Below, one piece after another: positions 42,428 to 53,903 of a stretch of DNA of 63,713 nucleotides. The stretch spans positions 1 to 63,713 of the forward strand of contig JBOFUV010000013.1 in the NCBI GenBank assembly GCA_051652765.1, given 5' to 3'. The DNA is from Microcoleaceae cyanobacterium (GTDB taxonomy: Bacteria > Cyanobacteriota > Cyanobacteriia > Cyanobacteriales > Microcoleaceae). The position numbers and the translations under genes were made by a program. Within the stretch, counting starts at the first letter, position 1; every line of letters starts with the position of its first letter. Below the pieces are notes generated by a model. The model was not told where the DNA came from. It saw only the letters and a program-made list of their open reading frames with translations, and did not search any database.

Positions 42428-45400
42428 ATGAACAGCTCAATTGGCCGGGAAAATCGTTATGGGGTTCTGTCCAACGTCTTTCAAAAAAAACTGCGGTTTC
42501 AGAGCGATCGCCGACTGCCAACTCCACGGACTAATCCAAAAGTCACTTCAGAAGTTAGTTTAGAAGTTAACAATCGAACTTTAGTTGTTTTTGATCCGCA
42601 TCTAAAATCCCTCTTTCAGTTGGTTGCTGGGGTACGACCGGGAGCAGAAATACTCATCCTGAGTTCTGAACAGGATAGTGTTGAACAAATCACTCAGTAT
42701 CTGGCTCACTCTTATCTGGCTCAAGCTTTAGACCCTCTAGCTCCTCAAGACCTCACTAAAATTCAGGCGATTCATCTCGTGTGTCACGGTGCTCCCGGAA
42801 TGTTGCAGCTTGGTCAAACGGCACTGAATCAAGCAAACTTGAAACACTATCGTTCTCAGCTACAGGCTTGGAATGTTGAAGAAATTTTAATTTATGGCTG
42901 TCAAGTTGGAGCTTCACTCAACCCGCTGGAGCCCTTGAAGTCTTCAGAATTAAAGGATTCGTTTCTCCATCGCCTTCACCAACTCACCGGAGCCAATCTT
43001 GCGGCTTCCAGTACTCCCATTGGCAATCCCCAACTTGGAGGCAACTGGGAACTGGATGTTCGGATAGGTACCGTTCGCTCTCCCCTGGCTTTTACTCCCC
43101 AGGCCCAGGCAGCTTATCCTGCAACGTTGATCACTTTGGTAGTTAACAGTCTTGGAGACGAACCGGATACAAATCCAGGGGATGGGGCCGCTTTAACGGC
43201 TTTAGGAACAGCAACCTTGAGGGCGGCCCTAGAGGAAGCGAATAGCCAACCCGGCTTGGATACCATTGTTTTTAGCATCCCAACCCCTGATCCAGTTACA
43301 GGAACCTTCACAATTCGGCCCACTTCTCCCTTGCCGAGTCTTAACAGCCCAGTTGCAATCAATGGCGCTACCCAGCCTGGATTTCTAGGCAACCCCATCA
43401 TTGAGCTAGATGGCACAAACGCTGGAATTGCAGAAGGCTTAGTCCTGAATGCCGGAAGTACCACAATTCAGGGCTTGATGATTAACCGCTTTACCTTGGA
43501 TGGGCTAGTGATTAACAGCGATCGCAACAGTGTTCAGGGCAACTTTATCGGCACCGATATCACTGGCAATGGCGATCGCGGTAATGGGCTCGATGGCATC
43601 CGAATTGCGCTTGCAGCTTCTAATAATCAGATTGGCGGGGTCAGACTTGAAGGGAGTTTGGCTCAGGGCAACCTGATTTCTGGAAACGGCGGCAATGGGA
43701 TCTCAGCTTCCCTGGGAAGTGGGAATCAGATTCAGGGCAACATCATTGGTGCAGGCTTGGGTAACACGGGTAGCCCCTTGGCCAACGCAGACAACGGAAT
43801 TACCCTCTCTGACACCAGCGGCAACTTAATTGGTGGGACAACGTTCGGAACCAGAAATTTAATTTTTGGCAATGGCGGCAATGGGGTTTTGATTACCGGG
43901 GAGCAATCAACCAATAATCTGATTCAGAATAACAATATTCAGTTCCATGAAACTGGGGCGGGAGTGTTGATTGGCGCAAATGCCAGTAACACCTTGATCG
44001 GGGGTGCTAATGCTGGAAATCTCGTGACTGAAAATAGTCGCGGCGTTGTGATCACAGACTTATTATCTATTGGGAACCGGATTTACAACAATCGGATTTA
44101 CAACAATTTCCCCCCTGAAAGTGACGTTCCAATTGAGATCGATCTGAATGGAGATGGAGCTACTCTGAATGATGCTCAAGATAGCGATGCCGGAGCCAAT
44201 ACCCTCCAAAATACTCCAGATCTCAACACTGCAATTGTTGGCCCGACTAATCTAGGGATGGAAGCGATTCGGATTAATGGCTCCCTCAACAGTATTCCTG
44301 GTAGTTCATACACCCTACAATTTTTTGCTAATCCATTTACAGGCGGTTTCCCGGAAGAGCCCCTGTTTATTGGTGAGATTCAACTGGAGACAAATCCTAG
44401 CGGCAATGGGCCTTTTACTGCCGTACTGCCTATCCCCGGAGGTCTTGGGGGTGTAGATTTCACCCAAGTGATTGGGACGGCTACGGATATTAGTGGCAAT
44501 ACGTCCGAGTTTTCCAACGTTGTGGAATTGATTGGACAGGCTATAACGTTGCCAATTGTGAGTCTTGCCCCTGGGTTGTTGCCAAATGAGGCGGGGAGCG
44601 TTCCAGGAACGTTCACTCTGTCTCTAGATTCTGCTGCATCGGGCGGCTTAACCGTAAATTACACCCTCACAGGCAGTACAGCCCTAAGCCCAGTAGATTT
44701 CAGCCTGGTTCCTGGAGACAATATCACGGCCCTTGATGGGGATAGTTTTACCCTGGCAGCAGGGGCAACTACGGCCACCCTACAAGTTGTTCCCCTCGAT
44801 GACAGTTTAATTGACCCAAACGAACAGGTTCAACTCAATCTCACAACCGCATTGGGCTATGGCCTCGGAACGCCAACGGCAGTGTTAGCCATCCAGGATA
44901 ACGATGTTGCTGGACTTCAGGTTCAGCCGATTAGCGGGCTGGTTACCCGCGAGGATGGAGGATTGGCCCCATTTACGGTTGCTCTCACCGCCCAACCCAC
45001 AATGAGTGTCTCCGTCAGCCTGAACAGTAACGACCTCACGGAAGGCACCGTTTCAACTCCTGAACTAATCTTCACGCCGGGGGATTGGAATATCCCCCAA
45101 ACCGTTACAGTGGCTGGGGTCAATGATCTTGGGGTTGATCCTGATGTCCCTTACACCGTGACCGTTGGAGCCGAAGTTACTAGCAGCGACCCCAGTTTTA
45201 ACAGCCCCAACGTTGCCGCAGTCGAGATCAGCCTGACGAATACGGACAACGATGTTGCCACTATTGTGATCCCGACCGCAGGGCGAAATACTCGTGAAGA
45301 TGGGCGCAGGACAAACCGAGACAGTTTTCCAGTCGTTTTGACTAGTCAGCCCACCACAGAGGTCTGGATTGATTTGCAAAGTAGCGACCTCACGGAAGGG

Positions 45401-48400
45401 CGTATCCTGGGTTCACCTCGTTTGATCTTTAACGCGACCAATTGGAACGTTCCTCAAACGGTCACGATCGAGGGCCTTGATGACAACAGTGTTGATGGCA
45501 ACGTGGGGTATCGCATTGAAACCCGCGTGACTACTACCGATCCCAGCTACAGTTCCCTCGATCCTGCTGATGTGTCCGTGAACAACGTCGATAACGACAC
45601 AGCATCAATTCACGTGAATCCCACTGCAGGGCTGACCACCACTGAAATTGGAGGCTTTGCGGCTTTTGATGTGGTACTAACCTCTGAGCCCACCGCAGAG
45701 GTGACGATTAGCCTGCAAAGTAATAACCCCGCTGAAGGTCGAGCCTCAGTTTCAGATCTCACATTCACACCAGAAACCTGGAATACGGCTCAAACGGTTG
45801 TTGTCACTGGGATAGACGATGCGATCGCCGATAATAATCAAGAATACATGGTGATTCTGGATGTGCCAGTTACGTCAGACCCAAACTACGCCGCCCTGAA
45901 TCCCGCCGATGTTCAGGTGACGAACGCAGATAATGAAACTCCAGGAATTATCGTCAATCCTAGGGATGGCTTAATCACGACTGAAGCTGGTGGCACAGAC
46001 TACTTTGAAGTCCTACTGACCAGTGAACCGACCCGGAATGTCACAATTACCGTTGCCAGCTCTAATCTCCAAGAAGGCATCGTGACTGAAAATTCAACTA
46101 TTGTCTTGACGGCAGACAATTGGAATGAAGCTCAAGTTGTAACCGTAGCCGGTGTGGATGACACTCAAGCAGATGGCCCCCTTGAATATACTCTGGTAAC
46201 TACGGTGAGTACTGAGGATAGGGTGTATCGCACCTTAGATGCGGCAGATATCCAGGTCATGAACTTGGATAATGATAGGGCCGGAATTCAGATTGACCCA
46301 ACCACCGGACTGAGAACCAGTGAGGCCGAGGGGACAGCCACCTTTAACTTGGTACTAGAATCTGAGCCTTTGTCTGAGGTGATCTTGAATTTGAGCAGCA
46401 CTAACCTGGGTGAAGGCATTCTTTCAAGTCCTGTTGTCACTTTTACCCCAGAGAACTGGGATATTGTTCAAACGGTAACTGTTGCGGGGGTAGACGATGC
46501 GATCGCGGACGGCAACGTTGCTTACACGATTGTGACGGAGGATTCCCTCAGTTTTGATCCCAGCTATAACGGCATTGAACTGCCAGATATTGTCGTGGTC
46601 AATTCGGACAACGATGTTCCTGGAATTACGGTCAGTCCTACGGATGGGCTAGTTACGTCAGAATCAGGGGCAACAGATACCTTCACTGTTGTCCTCAACA
46701 CTCAGCCCACGGCGAATGTCTCCCTGAGTTTAGGTAGTAGCGATCCGACGGAAGGAGCACTATCGGTTTCAGCTTTACAGTTTACCTCAGCCAATTGGTT
46801 CATCCCCCAAACTGTTACGGTAACTGGGGTTAGGGATGCTGTGGTAGATGAAGATGTAACTTATGCCATTCTGACAGGTGTGGCCCAGAGTGACGATCTC
46901 AATTACGCCAATCTCGACCCAGACGATGTCAGTGTGATCAACCAAAATATTGATCTGCCCTCGGTTACCCTCTTCGTGAGTACGAACAGTGGGGAAGAAG
47001 TAAGCATGACGGCTGTGACCGTTACCACAACGGCTTCTGCGCCAGTCAAAGGGGATCAAACCGTTGAACTGGGGGTTGTGGGGACAGGAATTACCTTGAT
47101 GGACTACGTCTTGTCTGCGGCTCAAGTTGTGATCCCTGATGGCCAAACCGTAGGAACCGCAAGCTTTACCGTGATTGATGATTCTCGACGGGAACCAAGC
47201 GAGATCGCGACCTTAACCCTGTCGAATCCTTCAGCAGGCATGGTGTTGGCAACTCCCTCCACGGCGAACATCACAATCTTGGATAATGACATTGCCCCAA
47301 CCGTTGAGTTTGCTGAGGCTAGCTATCGCGTCAACGAAGGGGGTAATGGCCCATTGGGTGTTTTGCAAGTTACCCTGATGCGGACAGGGGACACTGCCGA
47401 ACCTTCAACAGTTACAGTGCAGTTCGAGAACGGGACAGCCCTAGGTGGGGATGATTTTGAGAATATCCCAGTAACGGCTACTTTCAAAGCCCAGGAAACG
47501 GTGGCTCTGATTGAAGTCCCGCTTTTTGAAGATAGTATTGCGGAGGCGGATGAAACGTTTGCCCTAGTTTTAGCCACAACTGGGGACGGCACTGAACTTG
47601 GCATCCAGAACACTATCCCCATAGAGATCCTGGATAATGAAACCGCAGAGGTGAATAGCTCGGCAACAGGGATATCGGTTGCCGAAGCTGGAGTAGGCAG
47701 CAGTTACGACTTGGTGTTAACCACTCAGCCCCAAAATCCTGTCACCATTTCCTTTGAAACGGGAGATCCATCCGGGAATCAATTAAATCCGATTACTGCT
47801 ATCACCTTCGATCGGGAGAATTGGGCTGTTCCTCAAACCGTTACTGTTGCTGCCGTAAATGACACGGCCATTGAAGGCAGGCACCAGGCAGTGATTCGCC
47901 ATATGATAGCCAGCGCCGACACAGTCTACAACGGCTTTTCCCTCCCAGATGTCACTGTTGAGATTGCGGACGATGATCAGGCCGATGTTCTAGTCACTCC
48001 CGTGAGCTTGCCCCTGACTGAAGGAGGAATGAATGAAAGTTATCAGTTGGTGCTGACTCGACCCCCTGTTGCTGGGGTCACGATTGCCTTTGACACGGGG
48101 GATCAATTAAACTCGATTGCCGCTATCACCTTTGATCCAGTCAATTGGAGCATTCCCCAAACGGTGATTGTTTCCGCTGTTGACGACCTAGAGATTGAGG
48201 GAGAACACTTGGCTAGTGTGACCCATCAACTCACTAGTGCCGATGCCAACTATGCCGGTCTGAGCATTCCCTCCGTCCAAACGATCATTCTTGACAACGA
48301 CATTGCAACCGCAGTCATTTTCACCCCCACTGACTTAACGGCAACGGAGGCAGGAGCAACGGCCAGCTACACGTTGGTCTTGGATAGTGCACCCACAGCC

Positions 48401-49975
48401 CCGGTTACCATTGACTTTGTACCAGATGAGCAACTTGCATCTCTGGATTCGATTGCTTTTAACAGTGTCAACTGGGATATTCCTCAGACGATAACTGTTG
48501 CCGCCATCAACGACAGTCAAATTGAAAGCAACCATACAGGAACGATTACCCACAGGGTTCGCAGCGAGGATAACAACTTTGATGGCCTAGAGATCCCGGA
48601 TTTAGATATTGCCATTGAAGACAATGATGGGGCTGCGGTGGAGATTGCCCAAACGGCAGGTAACACTCAAGTCAGTGAGGATGGGGCGACTGATACCTAT
48701 CGGGTTGTACTCAGCGCTCAACCCAGTACTCCCGTCAGGGTTGTGCTTTCCCCCGATAGTCAGTTGAATTTGGGGAATGGCACAGAAGGGGTTGTAGAAC
48801 TCGTGTTTACGGCTGAAACCTGGGACATCGCCCAAACCGTTACGGTGGCAGCAGTTGATGATGAGGATATAGAAGCTGCAACCCACACCAGTACCATCAA
48901 TCATGCGGTTCAGAGTGACGATCCCAACTACAATCCCGACACGCCGATTCGGATTGATGGGACAAGGCGAGCCAATCTTACGGTTGCCATTACAGAAAAC
49001 GATCAACCTCTGCCACCTGGAACTCCTGGTTTCAAATTAATTCAGCCCGCACGCCAGACGGAGGTATTAGAAGGGTTCGGGCAGGATGTATACAAACTGT
49101 TCCTAACCAGTGAACCCACGGCTCCCGTTACGATCACAATTGATTCGGGTTCCCAAATTCAGACAGATCAGCCCGCCCTCACCTTTGACCCTGATAATTG
49201 GAATATCCCTCAAACGGTTACGGTCACTGCGGTAGACGATCCTGTTCAGGAAGAACAACAGGTGAGTTTGATCACGCATATTGCCACAAGCCTAGACCCT
49301 CGATATGATGGGCTTGAGGTTGAAGCATTGGACATCACCATTAGTGACAACGACAATCTAGGAGAACAGTTTAGAACGTCAGAACCAGTCGTCTATAGTT
49401 TCTCCGATGCCGATGACAGAGGATCTGGATCTGGATCTGGAGATATCTTCTACGGGAACTCAGGCAATGATGTCCTCAGCGGAGAAGGCGGCGATGACTT
49501 GATTCTGGGTCAGGCAGGTGCAGATGGTCTCTCTGGGGATGAAGGGAATGACGTGCTCATCGGCGGTCAAGACAATGATCAGATCTCGAGTAGTGCAGGC
49601 GAGGATGTACTCTTTGGGGATCGGGGCAGCGATCGCCTCCACGGCGGTCAGGACAATGATCAATTATTTGGGAATTTTGGGAATGATCGCCTTCTGGGAG
49701 AGCAAGGCAGCGACACCTTGGCTGGAGGTCGGGGGAATGATGCCTTTGTTCTGGGCTTGGGTACCGGCGTCAACAATCCAGGAATAGCCGACCGCATTTT
49801 AGATTTTGCGGATACGGAGGATGTGATTGAGTTACAGGGCACCCTCACCTTTGACCAACTTGAGCTGCTCTCGAGTGCAGACGGCACTCTGATCCAAGTT
49901 CAGGCAACGGGAGAGTATCTAGCCCTGCTAGAGAATATTGAGGTTGGTAGTTTAACGGCTCAGGACTTTATCTAA
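42428..49975 (+). CDS. Giant secreted adhesin-like protein: DUF4347, beta-helix, about 11 Ig/Calx-beta-like repeats, RTX C-terminus
   Basis: IHLVCHGAPG, IYGCQVG, GGNWEL; LRAALEEAN and GNxIG repeats; repeated xWxxxQTVxV units; GxDxLxG nonapeptides. Confidence 0.9.
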   Translation: MNSSIGRENRYGVLSNVFQKKLRFQSDRRLPTPRTNPKVTSEVSLEVNNRTLVVFDPHLKSLFQLVAGVRPGAEILILSSEQDSVEQITQYLAHSYLAQALDPLAPQDLTKIQAIHLVCHGAPGMLQLGQTALNQANLKHYRSQLQAWNVEEILIYGCQVGASLNPLEPLKSSELKDSFLHRLHQLTGANLAASSTPIGNPQLGGNWELDVRIGTVRSPLAFTPQAQAAYPATLITLVVNSLGDEPDTNPGDGAALTALGTATLRAALEEANSQPGLDTIVFSIPTPDPVTGTFTIRPTSPLPSLNSPVAINGATQPGFLGNPIIELDGTNAGIAEGLVLNAGSTTIQGLMINRFTLDGLVINSDRNSVQGNFIGTDITGNGDRGNGLDGIRIALAASNNQIGGVRLEGSLAQGNLISGNGGNGISASLGSGNQIQGNIIGAGLGNTGSPLANADNGITLSDTSGNLIGGTTFGTRNLIFGNGGNGVLITGEQSTNNLIQNNNIQFHETGAGVLIGANASNTLIGGANAGNLVTENSRGVVITDLLSIGNRIYNNRIYNNFPPESDVPIEIDLNGDGATLNDAQDSDAGANTLQNTPDLNTAIVGPTNLGMEAIRINGSLNSIPGSSYTLQFFANPFTGGFPEEPLFIGEIQLETNPSGNGPFTAVLPIPGGLGGVDFTQVIGTATDISGNTSEFSNVVELIGQAITLPIVSLAPGLLPNEAGSVPGTFTLSLDSAASGGLTVNYTLTGSTALSPVDFSLVPGDNITALDGDSFTLAAGATTATLQVVPLDDSLIDPNEQVQLNLTTALGYGLGTPTAVLAIQDNDVAGLQVQPISGLVTREDGGLAPFTVALTAQPTMSVSVSLNSNDLTEGTVSTPELIFTPGDWNIPQTVTVAGVNDLGVDPDVPYTVTVGAEVTSSDPSFNSPNVAAVEISLTNTDNDVATIVIPTAGRNTREDGRRTNRDSFPVVLTSQPTTEVWIDLQSSDLTEGRILGSPRLIFNATNWNVPQTVTIEGLDDNSVDGNVGYRIETRVTTTDPSYSSLDPADVSVNNVDNDTASIHVNPTAGLTTTEIGGFAAFDVVLTSEPTAEVTISLQSNNPAEGRASVSDLTFTPETWNTAQTVVVTGIDDAIADNNQEYMVILDVPVTSDPNYAALNPADVQVTNADNETPGIIVNPRDGLITTEAGGTDYFEVLLTSEPTRNVTITVASSNLQEGIVTENSTIVLTADNWNEAQVVTVAGVDDTQADGPLEYTLVTTVSTEDRVYRTLDAADIQVMNLDNDRAGIQIDPTTGLRTSEAEGTATFNLVLESEPLSEVILNLSSTNLGEGILSSPVVTFTPENWDIVQTVTVAGVDDAIADGNVAYTIVTEDSLSFDPSYNGIELPDIVVVNSDNDVPGITVSPTDGLVTSESGATDTFTVVLNTQPTANVSLSLGSSDPTEGALSVSALQFTSANWFIPQTVTVTGVRDAVVDEDVTYAILTGVAQSDDLNYANLDPDDVSVINQNIDLPSVTLFVSTNSGEEVSMTAVTVTTTASAPVKGDQTVELGVVGTGITLMDYVLSAAQVVIPDGQTVGTASFTVIDDSRREPSEIATLTLSNPSAGMVLATPSTANITILDNDIAPTVEFAEASYRVNEGGNGPLGVLQVTLMRTGDTAEPSTVTVQFENGTALGGDDFENIPVTATFKAQETVALIEVPLFEDSIAEADETFALVLATTGDGTELGIQNTIPIEILDNETAEVNSSATGISVAEAGVGSSYDLVLTTQPQNPVTISFETGDPSGNQLNPITAITFDRENWAVPQTVTVAAVNDTAIEGRHQAVIRHMIASADTVYNGFSLPDVTVEIADDDQADVLVTPVSLPLTEGGMNESYQLVLTRPPVAGVTIAFDTGDQLNSIAAITFDPVNWSIPQTVIVSAVDDLEIEGEHLASVTHQLTSADANYAGLSIPSVQTIILDNDIATAVIFTPTDLTATEAGATASYTLVLDSAPTAPVTIDFVPDEQLASLDSIAFNSVNWDIPQTITVAAINDSQIESNHTGTITHRVRSEDNNFDGLEIPDLDIAIEDNDGAAVEIAQTAGNTQVSEDGATDTYRVVLSAQPSTPVRVVLSPDSQLNLGNGTEGVVELVFTAETWDIAQTVTVAAVDDEDIEAATHTSTINHAVQSDDPNYNPDTPIRIDGTRRANLTVAITENDQPLPPGTPGFKLIQPARQTEVLEGFGQDVYKLFLTSEPTAPVTITIDSGSQIQTDQPALTFDPDNWNIPQTVTVTAVDDPVQEEQQVSLITHIATSLDPRYDGLEVEALDITISDNDNLGEQFRTSEPVVYSFSDADDRGSGSGSGDIFYGNSGNDVLSGEGGDDLILGQAGADGLSGDEGNDVLIGGQDNDQISSSAGEDVLFGDRGSDRLHGGQDNDQLFGNFGNDRLLGEQGSDTLAGGRGNDAFVLGLGTGVNNPGIADRILDFADTEDVIELQGTLTFDQLELLSSADGTLIQVQATGEYLALLENIEVGSLTAQDFI

Positions 49976-50034
49976 GTTTATCTAAGTTTAACTAAGTCGT
50001 TGGGTAAGACAGGCGTTCAGGACATGGGTAGAAG

Positions 50035-50517
50035 TCAGGATTTTCCCTGAAGGATTTGAGTCAGGTCACGGCGACTCTTGCGAACTTCTGCCCAAAAAAC
50101 CCACCAGAAAATCACCAACATTAACAGTGGCAGTCCTAAAAATAAAATTGCTCCCTGCCAGGGCAAATAGCCTAGAACTGTCATCGGTAGCAGTGCTCCA
50201 TACCAATTGAAGCACCAGAATCCTAAGAACCCTAAAACCACTGGATGGAGACTCATGGTGATATGAATCAAAGTTTCATGCTCGGAGAATGATTCAAGCT
50301 CCCCCTTAATAACAGGCAGAAATGAGTTGCGATGGTGGATAATTCGGTGGATTTGAAATCTATGCAGGAGAAGTTCTCCTTCATAGGGGGCATGGTTGTG
50401 TGACCAGGGATTTCTAAACGATTTTTGGGGTTCAACGCTAGCTAATAATCGTTGATGAATTCCATTTAAAGATTCATAAGTTCGGATTGTAAATTTGTCA
50501 TAGGGAAGTAGCTTCAT
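50035..50517 (-). CDS. Hypothetical membrane protein
   Basis: RNSFLPVIKG followed by two C-terminal TM helices; ATG at 50517. Confidence 0.65.
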   Translation of the reverse strand: MKLLPYDKFTIRTYESLNGIHQRLLASVEPQKSFRNPWSHNHAPYEGELLLHRFQIHRIIHHRNSFLPVIKGELESFSEHETLIHITMSLHPVVLGFLGFWCFNWYGALLPMTVLGYLPWQGAILFLGLPLLMLVIFWWVFWAEVRKSRRDLTQILQGKS

Positions 50518-50667
50518 AGGCTGTCTTGCCAATACTCTAATGGTGATTAATAGCCATAGTAATGAGTTGTGAAATGTCTTTAGATCGCCCGCCAAATCCG
50601 ATTTTTCAGCAGAATAATACCCTTCCTGATCCAGGATGTTCACAGCTCAAACTGGAGTGCTAGGGTA

Positions 50668-52512
50668 TTACTTCAATCCGGGCTGAACCTGATCCAGTAA
50701 CGTTTGCAATTCTTCACCTTCAAGGACTTCTGTTGTTAATAACTTCTCAGCGATCACACTCAGTAATTCCTGGTTTTGGCTTAGAATAGCTAGCGCATTT
50801 TTGTGGGCTGATTCAACGATGTCTTTCACTTCTTGATCAATAGCCTCGGCGGTCTTTTCACTCATCCCTCGGCGAGAATTGGGTTCATTGCTGCCCAAAA
50901 AACTACTCCGATTTCTCTTTTCATACGCTAGGGGGCCTAGGGTAGGACTCATGCCATAGGCCGTAACCATCCGTTCAGCCAAATCCGTGGCCCGTTGTAG
51001 ATCGTCCGAAGCGCCATTGGTCACACAATCAAAGACTATTTCCTCGGCAGCGCGCCCCCCCAATAAGGTGGCAATTTGTTCTCGAAATTCAGTTTCATCC
51101 ATCAAAAACCGATCTTCCGTGGGCAGTTTGAGGGTGTACCCCAAGGCATTCATCCCTCGAGGAACAATAGAGATTTTAGCAACCTTGCCGCCACCGGGCA
51201 TCAATGCACCGACCATGGCGTGACCGACTTCGTGATAGGCAACAATTTTCTTTTCTTTTTCATTCAGAACGCGGCTTTTTTTCTCGAGTCCCGCCACCAC
51301 CCGTTCGATCGCTTCTTTGAAGTCAGCTTGAGCAACGGCGATGCGATGATTTCTCGCTGCGAGCAACGCGGCTTCGTTGACCAAGTTGGCTAAATCAGCC
51401 CCAGCAAATCCAGGGGTTTGGGTGGCGACCGCGTGTAAATTAATATCTTCCCCGAGCTTGACCTTCTGGGCATAAATATCCAGGATTGCCTTCCGACCTG
51501 CCAGATCTGGGCGATCCACTAATACTTGTCGATCAAATCGTCCGGGACGCAATAGAGCAGCATCCAGGGCTTCTGGACGGTTTGTTGCAGCCAATACAAT
51601 CACCGTCTCGTCGCCAACCCCAAACCCGTCCATCTCCGTCAGCAGTTGGTTTAAGGTTTGTTCTCGTTCGTCATTGCTGCCGCTTTGGAATCCCCCGCCG
51701 CTACTTCTGGACTTGCCAATGGCATCCAGTTCATCGATAAAAATAATGCAGGGCGCTTTGATCTTGGCCTGTTCAAATAGATCTCGAACCCGTGCAGCCC
51801 CTGTTCCAACAAACAGTTCAACAAATTCTGAGGCTGAGATGCTGAAGAACGGAACCCCAGCTTCTCCGGCAACAGCCTTGGCTAACAAGGTTTTTCCGGT
51901 TCCGGGGGGGCCAACCAGTAAGACTCCCTTGGGGATTCTGGCCCCAATCTCAGTGTAGCGCTTGGGATTTTTGAGGAAATCGACAATTTCTGCTAACTCT
52001 GTTTTCGCTTCTTCTACCCCAGCGATATTGGCAAAAGTAATTTTATCTGAAGCCCCTTCAACATAAACTTTAGCTTTACTCTTCCGAATAGAAAGAGCCC
52101 CTTCTGGATCGCGTTTCATGAAAAACTGAAAGGCTGCGACCAAAATTAAAGGGGGAATAATCCAATTCAGCAGGACATTCCAAGTATTGTTGGGTGGAGG
52201 AGCCGCCTGGAAAACGATGCCATTTTTTTCTAATCGTTTGGGTAGCTCAGGATCAAACACAGGCGTTGTCGCCAATACTGGCCCAAGTTCCCCCTCTTTT
52301 TTGCCTTTGAGACGGTAGCGAATTTCATTGTCTCCCAGTTGAACGCCAGCAACCTGGCCCTCTTCAACTTGCTTAATAAAAATACTGTAGGGAAGGCGAG
52401 GTGGCGACCGTCGAGGCAAAACAATATAAGCAACGAGCAATACACCCGCTAGAGCCAATAAAGCGTTACCGACTTGCCGTGATTCCGGAAATCTAGGTTT
52501 CTTAATTCCCAT
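50668..52512 (-). CDS. ftsH: ATP-dependent zinc metalloprotease FtsH (FtsH4-like)
   Basis: GPPGTGKT, IFIDELDA, SRH RPGRFDR, HEVGH and GASDDL. Confidence 0.96.
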   Translation of the reverse strand: MGIKKPRFPESRQVGNALLALAGVLLVAYIVLPRRSPPRLPYSIFIKQVEEGQVAGVQLGDNEIRYRLKGKKEGELGPVLATTPVFDPELPKRLEKNGIVFQAAPPPNNTWNVLLNWIIPPLILVAAFQFFMKRDPEGALSIRKSKAKVYVEGASDKITFANIAGVEEAKTELAEIVDFLKNPKRYTEIGARIPKGVLLVGPPGTGKTLLAKAVAGEAGVPFFSISASEFVELFVGTGAARVRDLFEQAKIKAPCIIFIDELDAIGKSRSSGGGFQSGSNDEREQTLNQLLTEMDGFGVGDETVIVLAATNRPEALDAALLRPGRFDRQVLVDRPDLAGRKAILDIYAQKVKLGEDINLHAVATQTPGFAGADLANLVNEAALLAARNHRIAVAQADFKEAIERVVAGLEKKSRVLNEKEKKIVAYHEVGHAMVGALMPGGGKVAKISIVPRGMNALGYTLKLPTEDRFLMDETEFREQIATLLGGRAAEEIVFDCVTNGASDDLQRATDLAERMVTAYGMSPTLGPLAYEKRNRSSFLGSNEPNSRRGMSEKTAEAIDQEVKDIVESAHKNALAILSQNQELLSVIAEKLLTTEVLEGEELQTLLDQVQPGLK

Positions 52513-52528
52513 GTTCTGATGTTTTTTG

Positions 52529-53074
52529 TTACCGCTCTGAAACTAAGGCCAACTCGATTTGATCCTCGGTAGGCTGGGCCAACTCCACTCGAATATCGGG
52601 GCCAAAGAACTGGGTCATCTTTTCCTGCTTCTCCTGCCAAACTGCCAAAGGCACAAACGGAGACTCAAACTCTAAAACCAAGCCATAAGATCCATTCACG
52701 GCTTCTTCTCGAATGCTCTGGAGTTCCGGATGTTCATCATCAAAGTTGCCCAGTTCAAAGCGCTCAAAAACGTCGATTAGATGGGCAGATTGACCATAAC
52801 GATATCGAGTCACATCCTTACGAACTTGGGCCTGAGTCTCAGTTGCTTGTTGGTCTCGCAAAGCTTCAACCTCTGGCGAGGTTGGTTGGCTGTAGGGAGC
52901 AGGTCTCAGTTCAGATGCTTTCAAGGCTAAACCGCCCAACAGAAGAGGAATCCCGTAGAAAAAACCAGCTAGGTTCAGCGTTGGATAACCCGCAAAGTAA
53001 GCAACAAACCCCGTAATTGTCAGTAGTCCTCCGAAAACTAGCCCGAATTGAGCCAGGGATGTTTGGCGTAACAT
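52529..53074 (-). CDS. DUF2854-like membrane protein
   Basis: Two TM helices, YGIPLLLGGLALK, DVTRYRYGQ and FFGP. Confidence 0.8.
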   Translation of the reverse strand: MLRQTSLAQFGLVFGGLLTITGFVAYFAGYPTLNLAGFFYGIPLLLGGLALKASELRPAPYSQPTSPEVEALRDQQATETQAQVRKDVTRYRYGQSAHLIDVFERFELGNFDDEHPELQSIREEAVNGSYGLVLEFESPFVPLAVWQEKQEKMTQFFGPDIRVELAQPTEDQIELALVSER

Positions 53075-53451
53075 AAGATATATACAGTCTGAAATAATCT
53101 AACCTTAATTCTATGATCTTACATAGCAATCCTAAATAAGTTACAAAAAAGCCTAAAAAGGGGGATTCAACGGATCAAAGGAAGCCTGTGTCAAAATCTA
53201 AAACTAGTGATTTGTCAAACTTGATGTGGGCTGCGTCAGTTGGTACTGATCTGGCAAGACCAATAGTCTTAAAAGCTTGTTGGGCTTTCTGGCATCAATT
53301 CAACTGACAAAACTTGTCTAGACAAGCTCCTAGGTCATCCATTCAATACTCTGATGAATTTTGATGAATCCTGGATAAAAGCTAGACTGAGTTAACTTCT
53401 GACACACTTTATAGTCATCATAGTCACCCTCGTTTCACAATCTTAGTTCCT

Positions 53452-53712
53452 ATGACTCACCATACCGATCAATCCTCTAGCCATGTAAAGCACAAAATTT
53501 TTGAGCAGCTTGATTCCCTAAAGCGAGAGGACGAGCGACTATACAATATTCTGGCTATTGATATCTGGGCTCTAGCGAAGACAATGGACGAAATTCACCC
53601 TGGCTTCTGGGGAATTTTTATGAGAAATCGTGAACAGGCACTGAAGCGCTTTCTTTCGCAGATGTCCCAGGGCAAAACACCTGACTCAAAACGTCCGCCT
53701 TTTTTGCATTAG
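53452..53712 (+). CDS. Small hypothetical protein
   Basis: Clean 86-aa ORF in an otherwise empty interval; helical character (LYNILAIDIW...PGFW). Confidence 0.7.
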   Translation: MTHHTDQSSSHVKHKIFEQLDSLKREDERLYNILAIDIWALAKTMDEIHPGFWGIFMRNREQALKRFLSQMSQGKTPDSKRPPFLH

Positions 53713-53903
53713 CTTGAAAAAGGATTGGCTCAATTCTTCAAAACCGTCTAGACCATCGTAATTAGTGACTGAATCGAGCTTTCTACCAAAATTCGATCTA
53801 ATTCAATCCAATTTAATTTAAATTTAATCCAATTTAATCCATTGAGTTTCTCCGATGTACTGTATATTAAAAAAAGTTGAGCATTGTAAAGGAAAAACTT
53901 AGG

